Shown here: in pieces, positions 36,123 through 44,672 of the stretch
How the letters are laid out: each line of letters opens with the position of its first letter
Position numbering within the stretch: the stretch's first letter is position 1
Assembly: GCA_040261535.1 (NCBI GenBank)
Contig: JBDQNU010000007.1
Span: 1,927-65,926 of the forward strand
Reading direction: 5' to 3'
Source of the DNA: Poseidonia sp.
Lineage (GTDB): Archaea > Thermoplasmatota > Poseidoniia > Poseidoniales > Poseidoniaceae
Length of the DNA: 64,000 nucleotides
Position numbers and translations under genes: made by a program
The notes under the pieces: generated by a model
Databases searched by the model: none
Seen by the model: the letters and a program-made list of their open reading frames with translations, nothing else
Told to the model about the DNA's origin: nothing

Positions 36123-39100
36123 CAGTTCCCGCCTCCTAAACCAACGGCTGCTCCGCAGGAGCTTGAAATTGAACAGTACTGGCAGTGCGTGCCCGGCGTC
36201 GGGTTGATGTGGCCTGAGGCTGCGGTGTTTACGGCCCGTTGAGCCACGTTGAGCCGCTCGACCATCCAGCGTCGGAACGATGACATCGTCCTTCCTTGGT
36301 CGTCCTCAGCGGGAAAGTGAAGGGGGAAGTACCGGGTGAGTTCACCGATGGCCAAGGTCTCGTCAATGGGGGCAAGGGTGCTGTCCAACTCGACGTAGTG
36401 CACGGTGGATTCTCCAATTTCGGACGCCCCAACACCAACGACGCGGTCGTTGGGGTGCAACAACTCCCATGCGCGACCATACAGGGCCAACTGAAGGTCC
36501 TCAAACAAACAGCGCGTGTGACGCAACCCGATGTATTTCGGGGCCGGACCGTTCACGGTCTTCAAATCCCGAATCACCACAAGTCGCTGGGCAGTGCGGG
36601 GTGTGCCGTCAAGCGGATAGGGGGTGTCAAAAGAGGCATCACCGAGAACGCCAAGGTCACGAAGCTTCGTTTCCTGCGTCTCGGTGAGGGCCAACACGTC
36701 CACGCGATCGGCGTAGCCGAACAAGCGAAGCCCCTCGATGCCGTCGTCTTCGGACGGCGCCACCAACTCAACCGAACGCTCCGTTTCGGTGGTGGGCGAC
36801 CATTCCACCGCAACGGGTGCAGCATGGCGAAGCGCGAGGTCGGCTGCAAGCATGCGTGCAAGCCGCCCTCTCGGGGGCAAGTCCATCTCGCCTTCCAAGA
36901 AGGCCTGCCATTCTTCGGGACTCGCATCGACCAAATCACGCGTGCGATGAATGGAGACGGCGTTGTTGCGCCCGAGCCAGGCGACGTCTCGCTGGAGGAA
37001 CCCGAGAATCGCCGCCCACCCGTTGGGAGTTGCGCCCATCGGGCCGAGGTGAAGCGGGAGAATCCCTTCCTCCATTTCGCCCCCCATTGGAACGCCGTGG
37101 CCTTCGAGCAAAGCGGCCTCAGCGTCGTGAACCACTTGACCCCGCGTCCGCGCATCGACGTCTTCGGCCTCAAGCCCTTCCACATCGTCTGCCGAAAGGC
37201 ATTGTTTGACCCATGCTTGACGCGGGCACTTGAGCCACGCCTCCAGCCGACTGGGCGACCAAACCTCTCGGCGGTATGGCGCAGCGTCCAGACCAAATCG
37301 ATGATGGAACGGGAGATCGTCAACCGTGTACGGGGGCAGAGGCCGTGGGTCGACCGCCAACGAGACCGCTTTTTCGGGTCGGTGCCCGAGGTGAGGCCAG
37401 GCAGGAGCCAAAACACCGGCTGAGGCGAGGGCGGCTTTGGTGGGTCGAAGCACAACACCGTCGGTCGTCAGCATCGAGGAGCGGTGTTCCCAAGACAACG
37501 TTTCGCCCTCGGCCAAATCCCGATGGGACGGTTGCCTTCGTGAGCGGTCCGCTTGGACGGCCGCTTCAAAGCCGTCAAACAGGGAGGTGGGGTTGTTGAG
37601 ACCATCCCCAAAGGGATGCAAACCGTGCAAGTCCATGCCGAGTTGTTGTCGCACATCGGCTTTGGAATGCCCCCGAGACAAGCGCCGTTGACCCGAGGGC
37701 CCGGTCTGCACGATGTTTCGGACGGGGGTGAGCCAACTGCCGTGGCCTTCCTCCCGTACTTCCCAGCGGAAACGACGAGCTTCGCTCTCGCCTTCGGTCA
37801 TCTCGGGTGTGAGGAAACTTGGCGGTTCACGCATGGCGGCCCACGCCCCGGTCCGGCGGACGTCGCTGAGCCATTCCGCCAGCGGAGCGCTTGGCCCACC
37901 GCCTTCCTCGGGAGTGGAATCGAGAACGACCACTGTCGGAGCTGCGTTCAACAGATGGCGAAGATGGTGACGTCCTCGACGAACCAGACGGTCTGCTTGG
38001 AACGTGCCCAACTGAACTTGAGCGCCTGCGTCCAACCAAGGGACAACGGGAGTCCGCATCCCCCATGCGTCAACATCAAGGCCTGCAAGAACGATCAGTT
38101 CGGCCTCGCAACCCAAGGCATCCTCAGGCGAAACGACGTGAACGTTGGCGGTTTTCGAAGCCAGATGATTCATCGACACCGATGAGCCGAGATGCTCCAG
38201 AACATCGACGAAGCCTTTGCCTTCCAACGGCATCTCAAGGCCGCATCGGGAAAGATGGGTTGTTACGGTTTGGAGCGAATCCAAGATGTTTTGCAAGGTT
38301 CCCAGACCGACATCGTGAGGCACGCGTCGTTGCGAGAAGACTTCGACGTCCATCACGCTGAGCAACCAACCAAGCCAGGACCTTCCGTCACCGGGGGAAT
38401 CGGGGAGGGGCAAAGGAGCCCCTGAACTGCAGCCCTCGGGTTGGACCTTGAGCAGGTGGCGGTCTTCAGGGGCGAGCAAGGGGGCCCATGCACGCAGCAA
38501 GCACGCCAGCCACCACTGGGTCTCTTCGAGGGTTTGCCGTTTCAAATCGGGGCGTCGCTCGGCAAAGGAAGGACGGGCATTCGAGAGCACCCCCAACCAA
38601 CGGGCGATCGCTCCTGGTCCCCCCAAGACGTGGAATTGACGAGCCAAGTATTCCAATACCGACGGGTCGGGTCGGGGCCGCCAATCTTCGTGCACCGGAT
38701 GCGTGAGATGGGGAAACATGTCATCAACCACCGGCAGCGTCGAGGAAAACCAAAGGCGCTGAAGGGAGGACAACGACCACGCGGACATGCCTTGAGCGAG
38801 CCGGGCGGTTTGCAGCAAGGCGTGGTGAAGAGGATGTTCGTCCAACGTTTTCGCACGCCCCCCCCAGCGAAGGCCGATGTCGGCCAGCGCCTTCGACCAC
38901 GCATCGGTGCGCTCACGAGCGGAACCGTCGATGATGAGGACGGGCCCCTGACTTGTTGAGCAAAACGCCTGCACGAGGGTTTGGGTAGCCATCATCACGT
39001 CGTTTCGTTCGTCCACCGTGATGCGCGATACGACGGTTTCTCGCTCATCACTCACCGGCGTCCGCCAACCGTCTTCTGCGGGCGTCCACACTTCATGAGG

Positions 39101-39931
39101 TGGAAGCCATGACGGAAGACTTTCCTCGGTGCACGGAGGTTCGTCAACCAAGTAAGCCCCGTGATGGCCAAGGCGAAAAGATCCCGGGCACAGGAGTTGG
39201 TGAACCGGTTTGAACCTCGAAATGGCCAGCAAGAGGTCCTGCTCCACCTCGGTGTAGTCCGGGGCCGTGTTGAGCATCACAACACCGTCGATGCTGCTGA
39301 GGTGAAAGGGCATGATGCCGTCGTCCTTCGAGAGCGCCTCGACAACGCTCCGCAGCACCAGAACGGGCAAGGTCCCACCGACCTCGGCTTGGTGCTCGAG
39401 CACGAGGCGATGATAGGTGGCGGCTCCGGGGTCGTTGTCCCACTCAAAGGGCCAGCGGAGGTGCATCAACTCGGCATGCAAGCGTTGGAGCCGATGGGTC
39501 TTTGCCATCGTCCATGCCCCCACCCCTGGAACATGAAGGAAGGGAAACAGCCCTTCCTCGGCGGCCTTGATGCATCGGGCATGCAGTGCCAAACCGTTGC
39601 TTGCATCGTCGTCCAGTAGCACGGGGAGGCGCAAGTCGGTGTGCAGGAGGCGGACGAGCCGATTGAGCGTGAGGTGCAGGTTCGGCGAAACCTCTGCTCC
39701 GGCTTGATGCAGGCGCTCGAGGGTTTGTTGGCGATGAAGTTCGTTGGGATGAACGACGATCACGTTGAGCGAGGGCCGGCTCTGAAGAGCGTTTGACAAC
39801 CACGTCGGGAGGCCGCGCCCTGCCGGGACGTACTCCGAGGAAACGTGGTGTTGAGCGGACATCTTGCTGAGCCTCGCCCCCTCAACGGCTACGACGCTTC
39901 TTGAAGGTACGCGCCGCGATTCATCCAGCAT
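36122..39931 (-). CDS. addB: AddB-like subunit: degenerate helicase-like N-region without Walker A, plus C-terminal Fe-S PD-(D/E)XK nuclease (1269 aa)
   Basis: The C-terminal domain has SPSRLEAWLKCPRQAW, YADRVDVL...VVIRDLKTVNG, LQLALYGRAW and the terminal CQYCSISSSC (CX2CX5C, nt 36155-36184). I saw no GxGKT. The stop overlaps the addA-like ATG by 1 nt (TGATG). Confidence 0.75.
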   Translation of the reverse strand: MLDESRRVPSRSVVAVEGARLSKMSAQHHVSSEYVPAGRGLPTWLSNALQSRPSLNVIVVHPNELHRQQTLERLHQAGAEVSPNLHLTLNRLVRLLHTDLRLPVLLDDDASNGLALHARCIKAAEEGLFPFLHVPGVGAWTMAKTHRLQRLHAELMHLRWPFEWDNDPGAATYHRLVLEHQAEVGGTLPVLVLRSVVEALSKDDGIMPFHLSSIDGVVMLNTAPDYTEVEQDLLLAISRFKPVHQLLCPGSFRLGHHGAYLVDEPPCTEESLPSWLPPHEVWTPAEDGWRTPVSDERETVVSRITVDERNDVMMATQTLVQAFCSTSQGPVLIIDGSARERTDAWSKALADIGLRWGGRAKTLDEHPLHHALLQTARLAQGMSAWSLSSLQRLWFSSTLPVVDDMFPHLTHPVHEDWRPRPDPSVLEYLARQFHVLGGPGAIARWLGVLSNARPSFAERRPDLKRQTLEETQWWLACLLRAWAPLLAPEDRHLLKVQPEGCSSGAPLPLPDSPGDGRSWLGWLLSVMDVEVFSQRRVPHDVGLGTLQNILDSLQTVTTHLSRCGLEMPLEGKGFVDVLEHLGSSVSMNHLASKTANVHVVSPEDALGCEAELIVLAGLDVDAWGMRTPVVPWLDAGAQVQLGTFQADRLVRRGRHHLRHLLNAAPTVVVLDSTPEEGGGPSAPLAEWLSDVRRTGAWAAMREPPSFLTPEMTEGESEARRFRWEVREEGHGSWLTPVRNIVQTGPSGQRRLSRGHSKADVRQQLGMDLHGLHPFGDGLNNPTSLFDGFEAAVQADRSRRQPSHRDLAEGETLSWEHRSSMLTTDGVVLRPTKAALASAGVLAPAWPHLGHRPEKAVSLAVDPRPLPPYTVDDLPFHHRFGLDAAPYRREVWSPSRLEAWLKCPRQAWVKQCLSADDVEGLEAEDVDARTRGQVVHDAEAALLEGHGVPMGGEMEEGILPLHLGPMGATPNGWAAILGFLQRDVAWLGRNNAVSIHRTRDLVDASPEEWQAFLEGEMDLPPRGRLARMLAADLALRHAAPVAVEWSPTTETERSVELVAPSEDDGIEGLRLFGYADRVDVLALTETQETKLRDLGVLGDASFDTPYPLDGTPRTAQRLVVIRDLKTVNGPAPKYIGLRHTRCLFEDLQLALYGRAWELLHPNDRVVGVGASEIGESTVHYVELDSTLAPIDETLAIGELTRYFPLHFPAEDDQGRTMSSFRRWMVERLNVAQRAVNTAASGHINPTPGTHCQYCSISSSCGAAVGLGGGN

Positions 39932-39952
39932 AGGCTCCCGCAGAAAGAAGGG

Positions 39953-39960
39953 TTCAAATA
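39953..39960 (-). promoter_or_regulatory. TATA-like box (gene-sense TATTTGAA) ~25 nt upstream of the addB-like ATG
   Basis: A/T-rich octamer at leaderless-type spacing from the ATG at 39931. Confidence 0.3.
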
Positions 39961-40065
39961 GGGTCGGAAGTGATGATACCTCCTCAGATTCACTCCCTTG
40001 TCCATCGCGCCCGTATGATGCGCAAAGGGTTGTATTGGTGGCATATCTGGGGGTTTTACCGCAAC

Positions 40066-40074
40066 ATTTATATA
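40066..40074 (+). promoter_or_regulatory. TATA-like box ATTTATATA
   Basis: The best TATA match in the window. Its centre lies ~27 nt upstream of an ATG at 40097 that opens a 16-codon micro-ORF. Confidence 0.25.
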
Positions 40075-40140
40075 GGGTGTGCTACAAGAATATATCATGT
40101 TCCAACAAGAACCCCCCTCCTGGGCGATTCAATCCGCAGG

Positions 40141-40147
40141 TTTATAA
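40141..40147 (+). promoter_or_regulatory. TATA-like box TTTATAA for the TFB-like gene
   Basis: It lies 37-43 nt upstream of the ATG at 40184, consistent with a ~12-15-nt leader containing GAGGT (40171-40175). Confidence 0.4.
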
Positions 40148-40183
40148 GGGTCCTAGGAACATATTACAGAGAGGTTGAGAAAA

Positions 40184-41317
40184 ATGGAACTAAAATGTGA
40201 AGACTGTGGAAAGAAGCTGAACGTTGATTACGCACGAGGAATGGGTGTTTGCTCAGACCAATGGTGCGCTGCAGAGTACCCCGTTATGGTGAACGATGCC
40301 GACAGCAATGCATCTGCCGTTCATGGCGAACATGCCCAAAGCGGAGCCGTTGACGATGAAGGAAAAGCCGGGACCAAGATGAATCCGTTTGGAGATACCA
40401 AGGACTGGTCAGGAAAGCGCCTCGATGCGAAAGCCCGACGGAAGTTTCGTGCTTTGGCTTGGCAAGACCGAAACAGCCAGCGTGAAAGCGACCCCATGTG
40501 CCGCCAATTGAAAGCCACCATCCGCGAGATGTTTGGCAAAGACATGGCCGCTACTACTCGTCTTCTCGCCGAAGCCACCGCACGAAAGCTGACCCCTGAC
40601 CAGGAGGCTGTGCGCAAGACCTTGTCCACAAGCGACCAGAAGCGCTTGGCCTGCCCCAAGACCTCTATCTGTCGAAAGAAAAAGGGCGTCAAAGGGGACG
40701 GCGACAAGCAGAACCTCGAGATCATGGCCTTGGCCATCGCCTCCCTCTCCGCACAATGGTTCAACACCGCAGCCATCAACGAAGTGGCCTTGCGAGAAAA
40801 GTATGGTATCTCCAAAGAACAGCTCATCAACGCCAAGAAAACCATCAGCAACCACTTCAAGGCACGCGTGAGCATGGGGTGGGCTATGCCTCCACTATCC
40901 ATCCAATTGGTGGCCAAGCGAGCCGATGCTTTGGACAGCGCCGTGGAGAACATCGTTGATGCTTTCAACCAACGCCTTGATGATGATGACCTCGATAACG
41001 CACTGAACGTCTTTTGGAACGTGTTGTCCGAGTTGAAGGAACCCTCCGTTGACGGTCCGGTCGCCAACGTCCCCATCAACATGGTCGCTGCATGCGTGTT
41101 CTACGGTGCCTTGAAGCAACTTGGTTTGCACCGAGGGAACCTCAATCGCCTCGCTGGAGCCGTCGCACTTTCCGGTGCAGGCGTCAAAAGCCGTTTGGAG
41201 CACTTCCGCAACATGGTTGAAGCCGGTGCATTGCCTGGAGCCGAGGCCTTGTTCAGTTCGTCCGATGACGGGGCTGAAGAAAGTTCAGCCGCAGACGAAG
41301 AAGCCGCCGAGGATTGA
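40184..41317 (+). CDS. tfb: divergent TFB/TFIIB-like protein (Zn ribbon plus two cyclin-like repeats, acidic tail)
   Basis: The ATG at 40184 follows GAGGT. N-terminal CEDCGKKLNVDYARGMGVCSDQWC is ribbon-like. Two segments resemble cyclin-fold repeats ending in HTH-like stretches (LEIMALAIASLSAQW...ISKEQLINAKKTISNHF and NMVAACVFYGALKQLG...LSGAGVKSRLEHFRNMV). The linker is long and atypical. Confidence 0.5.
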   Translation: MELKCEDCGKKLNVDYARGMGVCSDQWCAAEYPVMVNDADSNASAVHGEHAQSGAVDDEGKAGTKMNPFGDTKDWSGKRLDAKARRKFRALAWQDRNSQRESDPMCRQLKATIREMFGKDMAATTRLLAEATARKLTPDQEAVRKTLSTSDQKRLACPKTSICRKKKGVKGDGDKQNLEIMALAIASLSAQWFNTAAINEVALREKYGISKEQLINAKKTISNHFKARVSMGWAMPPLSIQLVAKRADALDSAVENIVDAFNQRLDDDDLDNALNVFWNVLSELKEPSVDGPVANVPINMVAACVFYGALKQLGLHRGNLNRLAGAVALSGAGVKSRLEHFRNMVEAGALPGAEALFSSSDDGAEESSAADEEAAED

Positions 41318-41356
41318 GAGCAGAGGGGTCATATCCTTCAGCCGCAACGGCACAAC

Positions 41357-42325
41357 ATGCGCCAACTCGTGGCTGCCATTGGCCTCACGCTCCTGCTTGC
41401 TTGCCTGCCCGCTCCCTCCTCCGGACTTCCTGCTGCGCCCGTTGAAAACGGCGTCATCTTCGGCGGCCAATGGTCGCCTGCGGGAAACGCAACGGCACCG
41501 GTCACGCACAACTTCAGCGAAATGCCTGCCGTGGTTGAGGTGTTCACGGCAACCTGGTGCGAAAATTGCGTTGATGTCGAGCATGCCCTCGACGATGTGC
41601 AAGACGAAGGTTGGCTTCAGCAATACCACATTCACCGAGCCATCGGTGAAACTCAGGATCCTTTTGGCACCGAAGCGTTGGACATGCGTTGGCGAACCAA
41701 GTACCAGCCAAGCTCACCCCCCACCGTCGTGTTCAACGGAACGATGAAGAAAATCGGTTCGGTCGCCGATGACGGAACGCTTCAGAACGAGTTCACCAAT
41801 TTGGCAAAGAAGGACCTCGGGCTTGGCGCAGGGTCGTCCACGTTTTCATGGACACCGCTTGACAACACTTCGGGGACCGTTACCTGGTTGCTCGACCTTG
41901 ACGATGCTCATCTGGCCAACGCCACCCTGAACGTCTCGGTGTTTGTGGTTGAGAGCGCTGCCGATTTCGAGGAGGGAACCAACGGCCTCGGGACATACCC
42001 GCACATCCTCCGAAACATCCAGGTGCTCGGTCACGATCGCCAAGGAACGGGAACCGTGTCGCTGCCCACAACGTTTGACGGCGATGACCTTGAAGTTCAC
42101 CTGCTGTACGAAATCATACCCGATGAACCCGAGCCCGTGGTTGAAGAAAACGGCCAGGATTGCTCAACGGATGGCGAGCAGGATTGTGAATCCGAGGATA
42201 CGCCTGCCTTGTCCGTTCCCTTGACGTTGGTGGCGGCTTGTGCAGCCGTGCTGTTTACTCGAGGAAGGCCCAATTTTGACCGTCGTCAGGTGCGACCCAT
42301 TGATGCTGGCGTGGCTGATCGGTGA
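41357..42325 (+). CDS. exported thioredoxin-fold protein with lipobox-like signal and C-terminal TM anchor
   Basis: The signal peptide MRQLVAAIGLTLLLAC has a lipobox-like LLAC. The CxxC motif sits in VEVFTATWCENCVDVEHAL. The C-terminal helix is LSVPLTLVAACAAVLF. Confidence 0.55.
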   Translation: MRQLVAAIGLTLLLACLPAPSSGLPAAPVENGVIFGGQWSPAGNATAPVTHNFSEMPAVVEVFTATWCENCVDVEHALDDVQDEGWLQQYHIHRAIGETQDPFGTEALDMRWRTKYQPSSPPTVVFNGTMKKIGSVADDGTLQNEFTNLAKKDLGLGAGSSTFSWTPLDNTSGTVTWLLDLDDAHLANATLNVSVFVVESAADFEEGTNGLGTYPHILRNIQVLGHDRQGTGTVSLPTTFDGDDLEVHLLYEIIPDEPEPVVEENGQDCSTDGEQDCESEDTPALSVPLTLVAACAAVLFTRGRPNFDRRQVRPIDAGVADR

Positions 42326-44672
42326 GGTCAACTTCCAACTCCCATCGTAGCGGCTCCATTTCGGCGGGCGCTGCACCGACGTCGCAGTAATTCCACCAGC
42401 GGGGGGGGGCGCCGCGGACCCCTTGCCGGTCTTGGGCGTCCCTGAGCACGTCGGTCAACTCAAGACGAGCATGCGGACGAGGGTGGTCGCGTCGAACATA
42501 CGTGATTTGGCGGTCTTCGTCCGTGTTTCGAGCATACCCTAAGATTCGAGCAATTCGGCTCATGGTGGTCCGTTCAAGACCGTTTCGTAGCGTGACGGTC
42601 AGGTGGGCGTGTTCAAAGGTCAGGGCATCGCCGTCACGGCGTGAATAGCGTACCTCGCTGCCAATGGGTTGGAGGCTCATCACCTCCCACACTCTGGCGA
42701 ACACTTCGCACCAACGACGTTCCCCGTCCCGAATATCGCCCACTTCGTGGACGTCATCGGGTCGGCGGTGGCCGATATGGCGGTGATGGCGACGAAGCAT
42801 GCGCTGGAAATGGCCAAACGGTCCACCTCGTTCGTCCCCTTGATAGGCATTCATCGGCTCGAATGGGTCGACGGTGGTTCGCCACTCGGCCACGACTTCG
42901 TCGTACGGGAGGGAGAGGTCCGTTTCGAAACGGCGGTGAAAGGTTTGAACCCAACGTTGGGAAGCACGCCGTGCCCCACGGCGGCGTTGACGCCGGTGGT
43001 GATGAAAGAGCTGGAGTCCAGCCAAACCTTCCCCGTTCTCGTCCTCTTCCTCGTCAACAAAACGGCGAGGAGTATCCGTATACCATGCTCGGGAGCCGGG
43101 AATCTCACGACGGAGCACTTGGAGGGCGTTTTGATCCAGGGTGCCTAGCCAGGCATTTTCAACGTTGTTGGACGGGAAACCAAACGGAGGCGAATGAACG
43201 ATGATATCGGAGAGGCTCGGAATCTCCAGAGAAGCGTTGACATCGTCGGCCAACGAGAGCAGCACCGAACCCATCGTGTCGCCGAGGGGCAGGCGATTGT
43301 TGTGCGAGCCGCTGTGAATGCAGATGGATTGACGTGAATGACGTTCAAGTCCAAACAGGTAGTCAATTTTGTAGGGCGCACCGTGTTGTCCGTTTCCGAC
43401 TCGGACTTCGTACGCATGGCCCAGTTTACCAAAAACAAGCGCCTTTGCGTGCTGGACGAAAACTTTGCCGACCAATCCGTTCATGATTTGGTGGCAGAAC
43501 TCAAGCGATTTCACCAACGGTGCACTCGGTTCTGATGCGGCCGTGTATGGCACGGACCAGTTGTGTTGCAAGCCGAGCAACAATTTGCCCGCTTTGGAAT
43601 TCAACGGCGAGTGAGTCATCGAAATCGCCAGCGCCCACGCCTCGGGACGCAAGGGCACGTTCACCAGCCGCAGGTTGCCGGCCTTCGTGCGAACGCGGAA
43701 CTTCAACTTCCCTCCGCTTGTCAAAAACGCCGCTTTCAGTGTCCGAGGATGGTCATGTGTTGGTTCCAACGAAAGCCAGGAACGCATCCAAGGCACATCG
43801 TACCGTTCGAACAGCCCAGGTGGATGATTGGAAAGAGCGTTTTGAAACGTGGCGTGCAAATCCGCAGGTTGACGACGAAGCAGGCGTTGCTTGATGTCGT
43901 GCGCCCACGCCATCATCGGGACGGTTTCACGCGACGGTATCTCGTGAGTGCGATCCAGTTGAAGGCGATTGATCAGCCAAATGAGCATGCTGGCAAGAGG
44001 GCGATAGTGCCCCCGAATGTTCTGGACCCCCCTTACGTTGGGAAGACGAAACATGCGCACGTCGCCTTCGTCGAAAAGATGGTTGAAGGCTGGAGTGCAC
44101 GTGGCAAGGCCCAAAATCAAGGACGAGAAATTCCACCCGCATCGGGCTTGTTCATCGGCGAGCATCGGAAAGAGGATTTCGAGACTCAATGACGGCAAGC
44201 GCACATCGTCCAAAAACCAGCAATCCCGCATATAACGAAGCGTCGTTCCGTCATGAAATCGGACGCCGTTCTGAAGCCAACGAGATTCTTCGCCCGTCAT
44301 CATACGCCCTGCTTGAATGCCGTCTGCAAGGTTTTCAAACGCCATTGGCGAACAGGGGAGAGAAACGACAGGGTCAATGGAGCCGTCCAAACGCGCCCAC
44401 TGGACGAGATCTTGGGCGGCTGGCGAGGAGAACAAACGGTCCCAACGCTGGCGGGTTGGAAGGCTCGGACCACCAAATTGAGCGATGGCCTCCTCGTGTT
44501 CGTGCGGCGACAAGAACACCTCCCAGCCCTTCTTGGGTTGAAAGTTGGTAATCGATTCGCACCACTCACATACGGTGGTGGTTTCTTCCGAAGCAGGGTT
44601 GTGTTTGCAGCCGAGGTCGCGAACTGAGGCCGACATACGGATGTCATTCGCTGAGCATTTATGAAGTATCAA
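42255..44672 (-). CDS. large basic Cys/His/Arg/Trp-rich orphan protein (805 aa)
   Basis: Long uninterrupted ORF in a compact operon context, immediately downstream of ltaE. The N-terminus has CKHNP...CEWCE, and His/Arg tracts occur (HHHRRQRRRGARR, RRHHRHIGHRR). No NTPase or other known motif seen. An alternative start lies at 44636 (MSASV). Confidence 0.5.
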   Translation of the reverse strand: MILHKCSANDIRMSASVRDLGCKHNPASEETTTVCEWCESITNFQPKKGWEVFLSPHEHEEAIAQFGGPSLPTRQRWDRLFSSPAAQDLVQWARLDGSIDPVVSLPCSPMAFENLADGIQAGRMMTGEESRWLQNGVRFHDGTTLRYMRDCWFLDDVRLPSLSLEILFPMLADEQARCGWNFSSLILGLATCTPAFNHLFDEGDVRMFRLPNVRGVQNIRGHYRPLASMLIWLINRLQLDRTHEIPSRETVPMMAWAHDIKQRLLRRQPADLHATFQNALSNHPPGLFERYDVPWMRSWLSLEPTHDHPRTLKAAFLTSGGKLKFRVRTKAGNLRLVNVPLRPEAWALAISMTHSPLNSKAGKLLLGLQHNWSVPYTAASEPSAPLVKSLEFCHQIMNGLVGKVFVQHAKALVFGKLGHAYEVRVGNGQHGAPYKIDYLFGLERHSRQSICIHSGSHNNRLPLGDTMGSVLLSLADDVNASLEIPSLSDIIVHSPPFGFPSNNVENAWLGTLDQNALQVLRREIPGSRAWYTDTPRRFVDEEEDENGEGLAGLQLFHHHRRQRRRGARRASQRWVQTFHRRFETDLSLPYDEVVAEWRTTVDPFEPMNAYQGDERGGPFGHFQRMLRRHHRHIGHRRPDDVHEVGDIRDGERRWCEVFARVWEVMSLQPIGSEVRYSRRDGDALTFEHAHLTVTLRNGLERTTMSRIARILGYARNTDEDRQITYVRRDHPRPHARLELTDVLRDAQDRQGVRGAPPRWWNYCDVGAAPAEMEPLRWELEVDLTDQPRQHQWVAPDDGQNWAFLE

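Noticed and set aside
31206-39931. Helicase plus nuclease pair as an anti-phage defence system (Gabija/Hachiman-type or similar)
   Set aside because: The motif order, sizes, AddB-type C-terminal Fe-S nuclease and translational coupling all fit the AddAB recombination-repair architecture. No methyltransferase, TOPRIM, Sir2/TIR or other defence-island genes flank it.
39951-39962. tRNA T-loop-like GGTTCAAATAGG
   Set aside because: The flanking bases cannot form the 5-bp T-stem, and no acceptor or anticodon arms are nearby. No tRNA-sized non-coding gap exists elsewhere in the window.
39969-40055. C/D-box sRNA-like elements (GTGATGA at 39969-39975; TGATGC at ~40013-40018) in the AT-rich spacer
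   Set aside because: No CTGA D' or D boxes occur at the required ~12-nt guide spacing (only CTCAGA and TCTGG). The C-to-C' distance is too long and there is no terminal stem.
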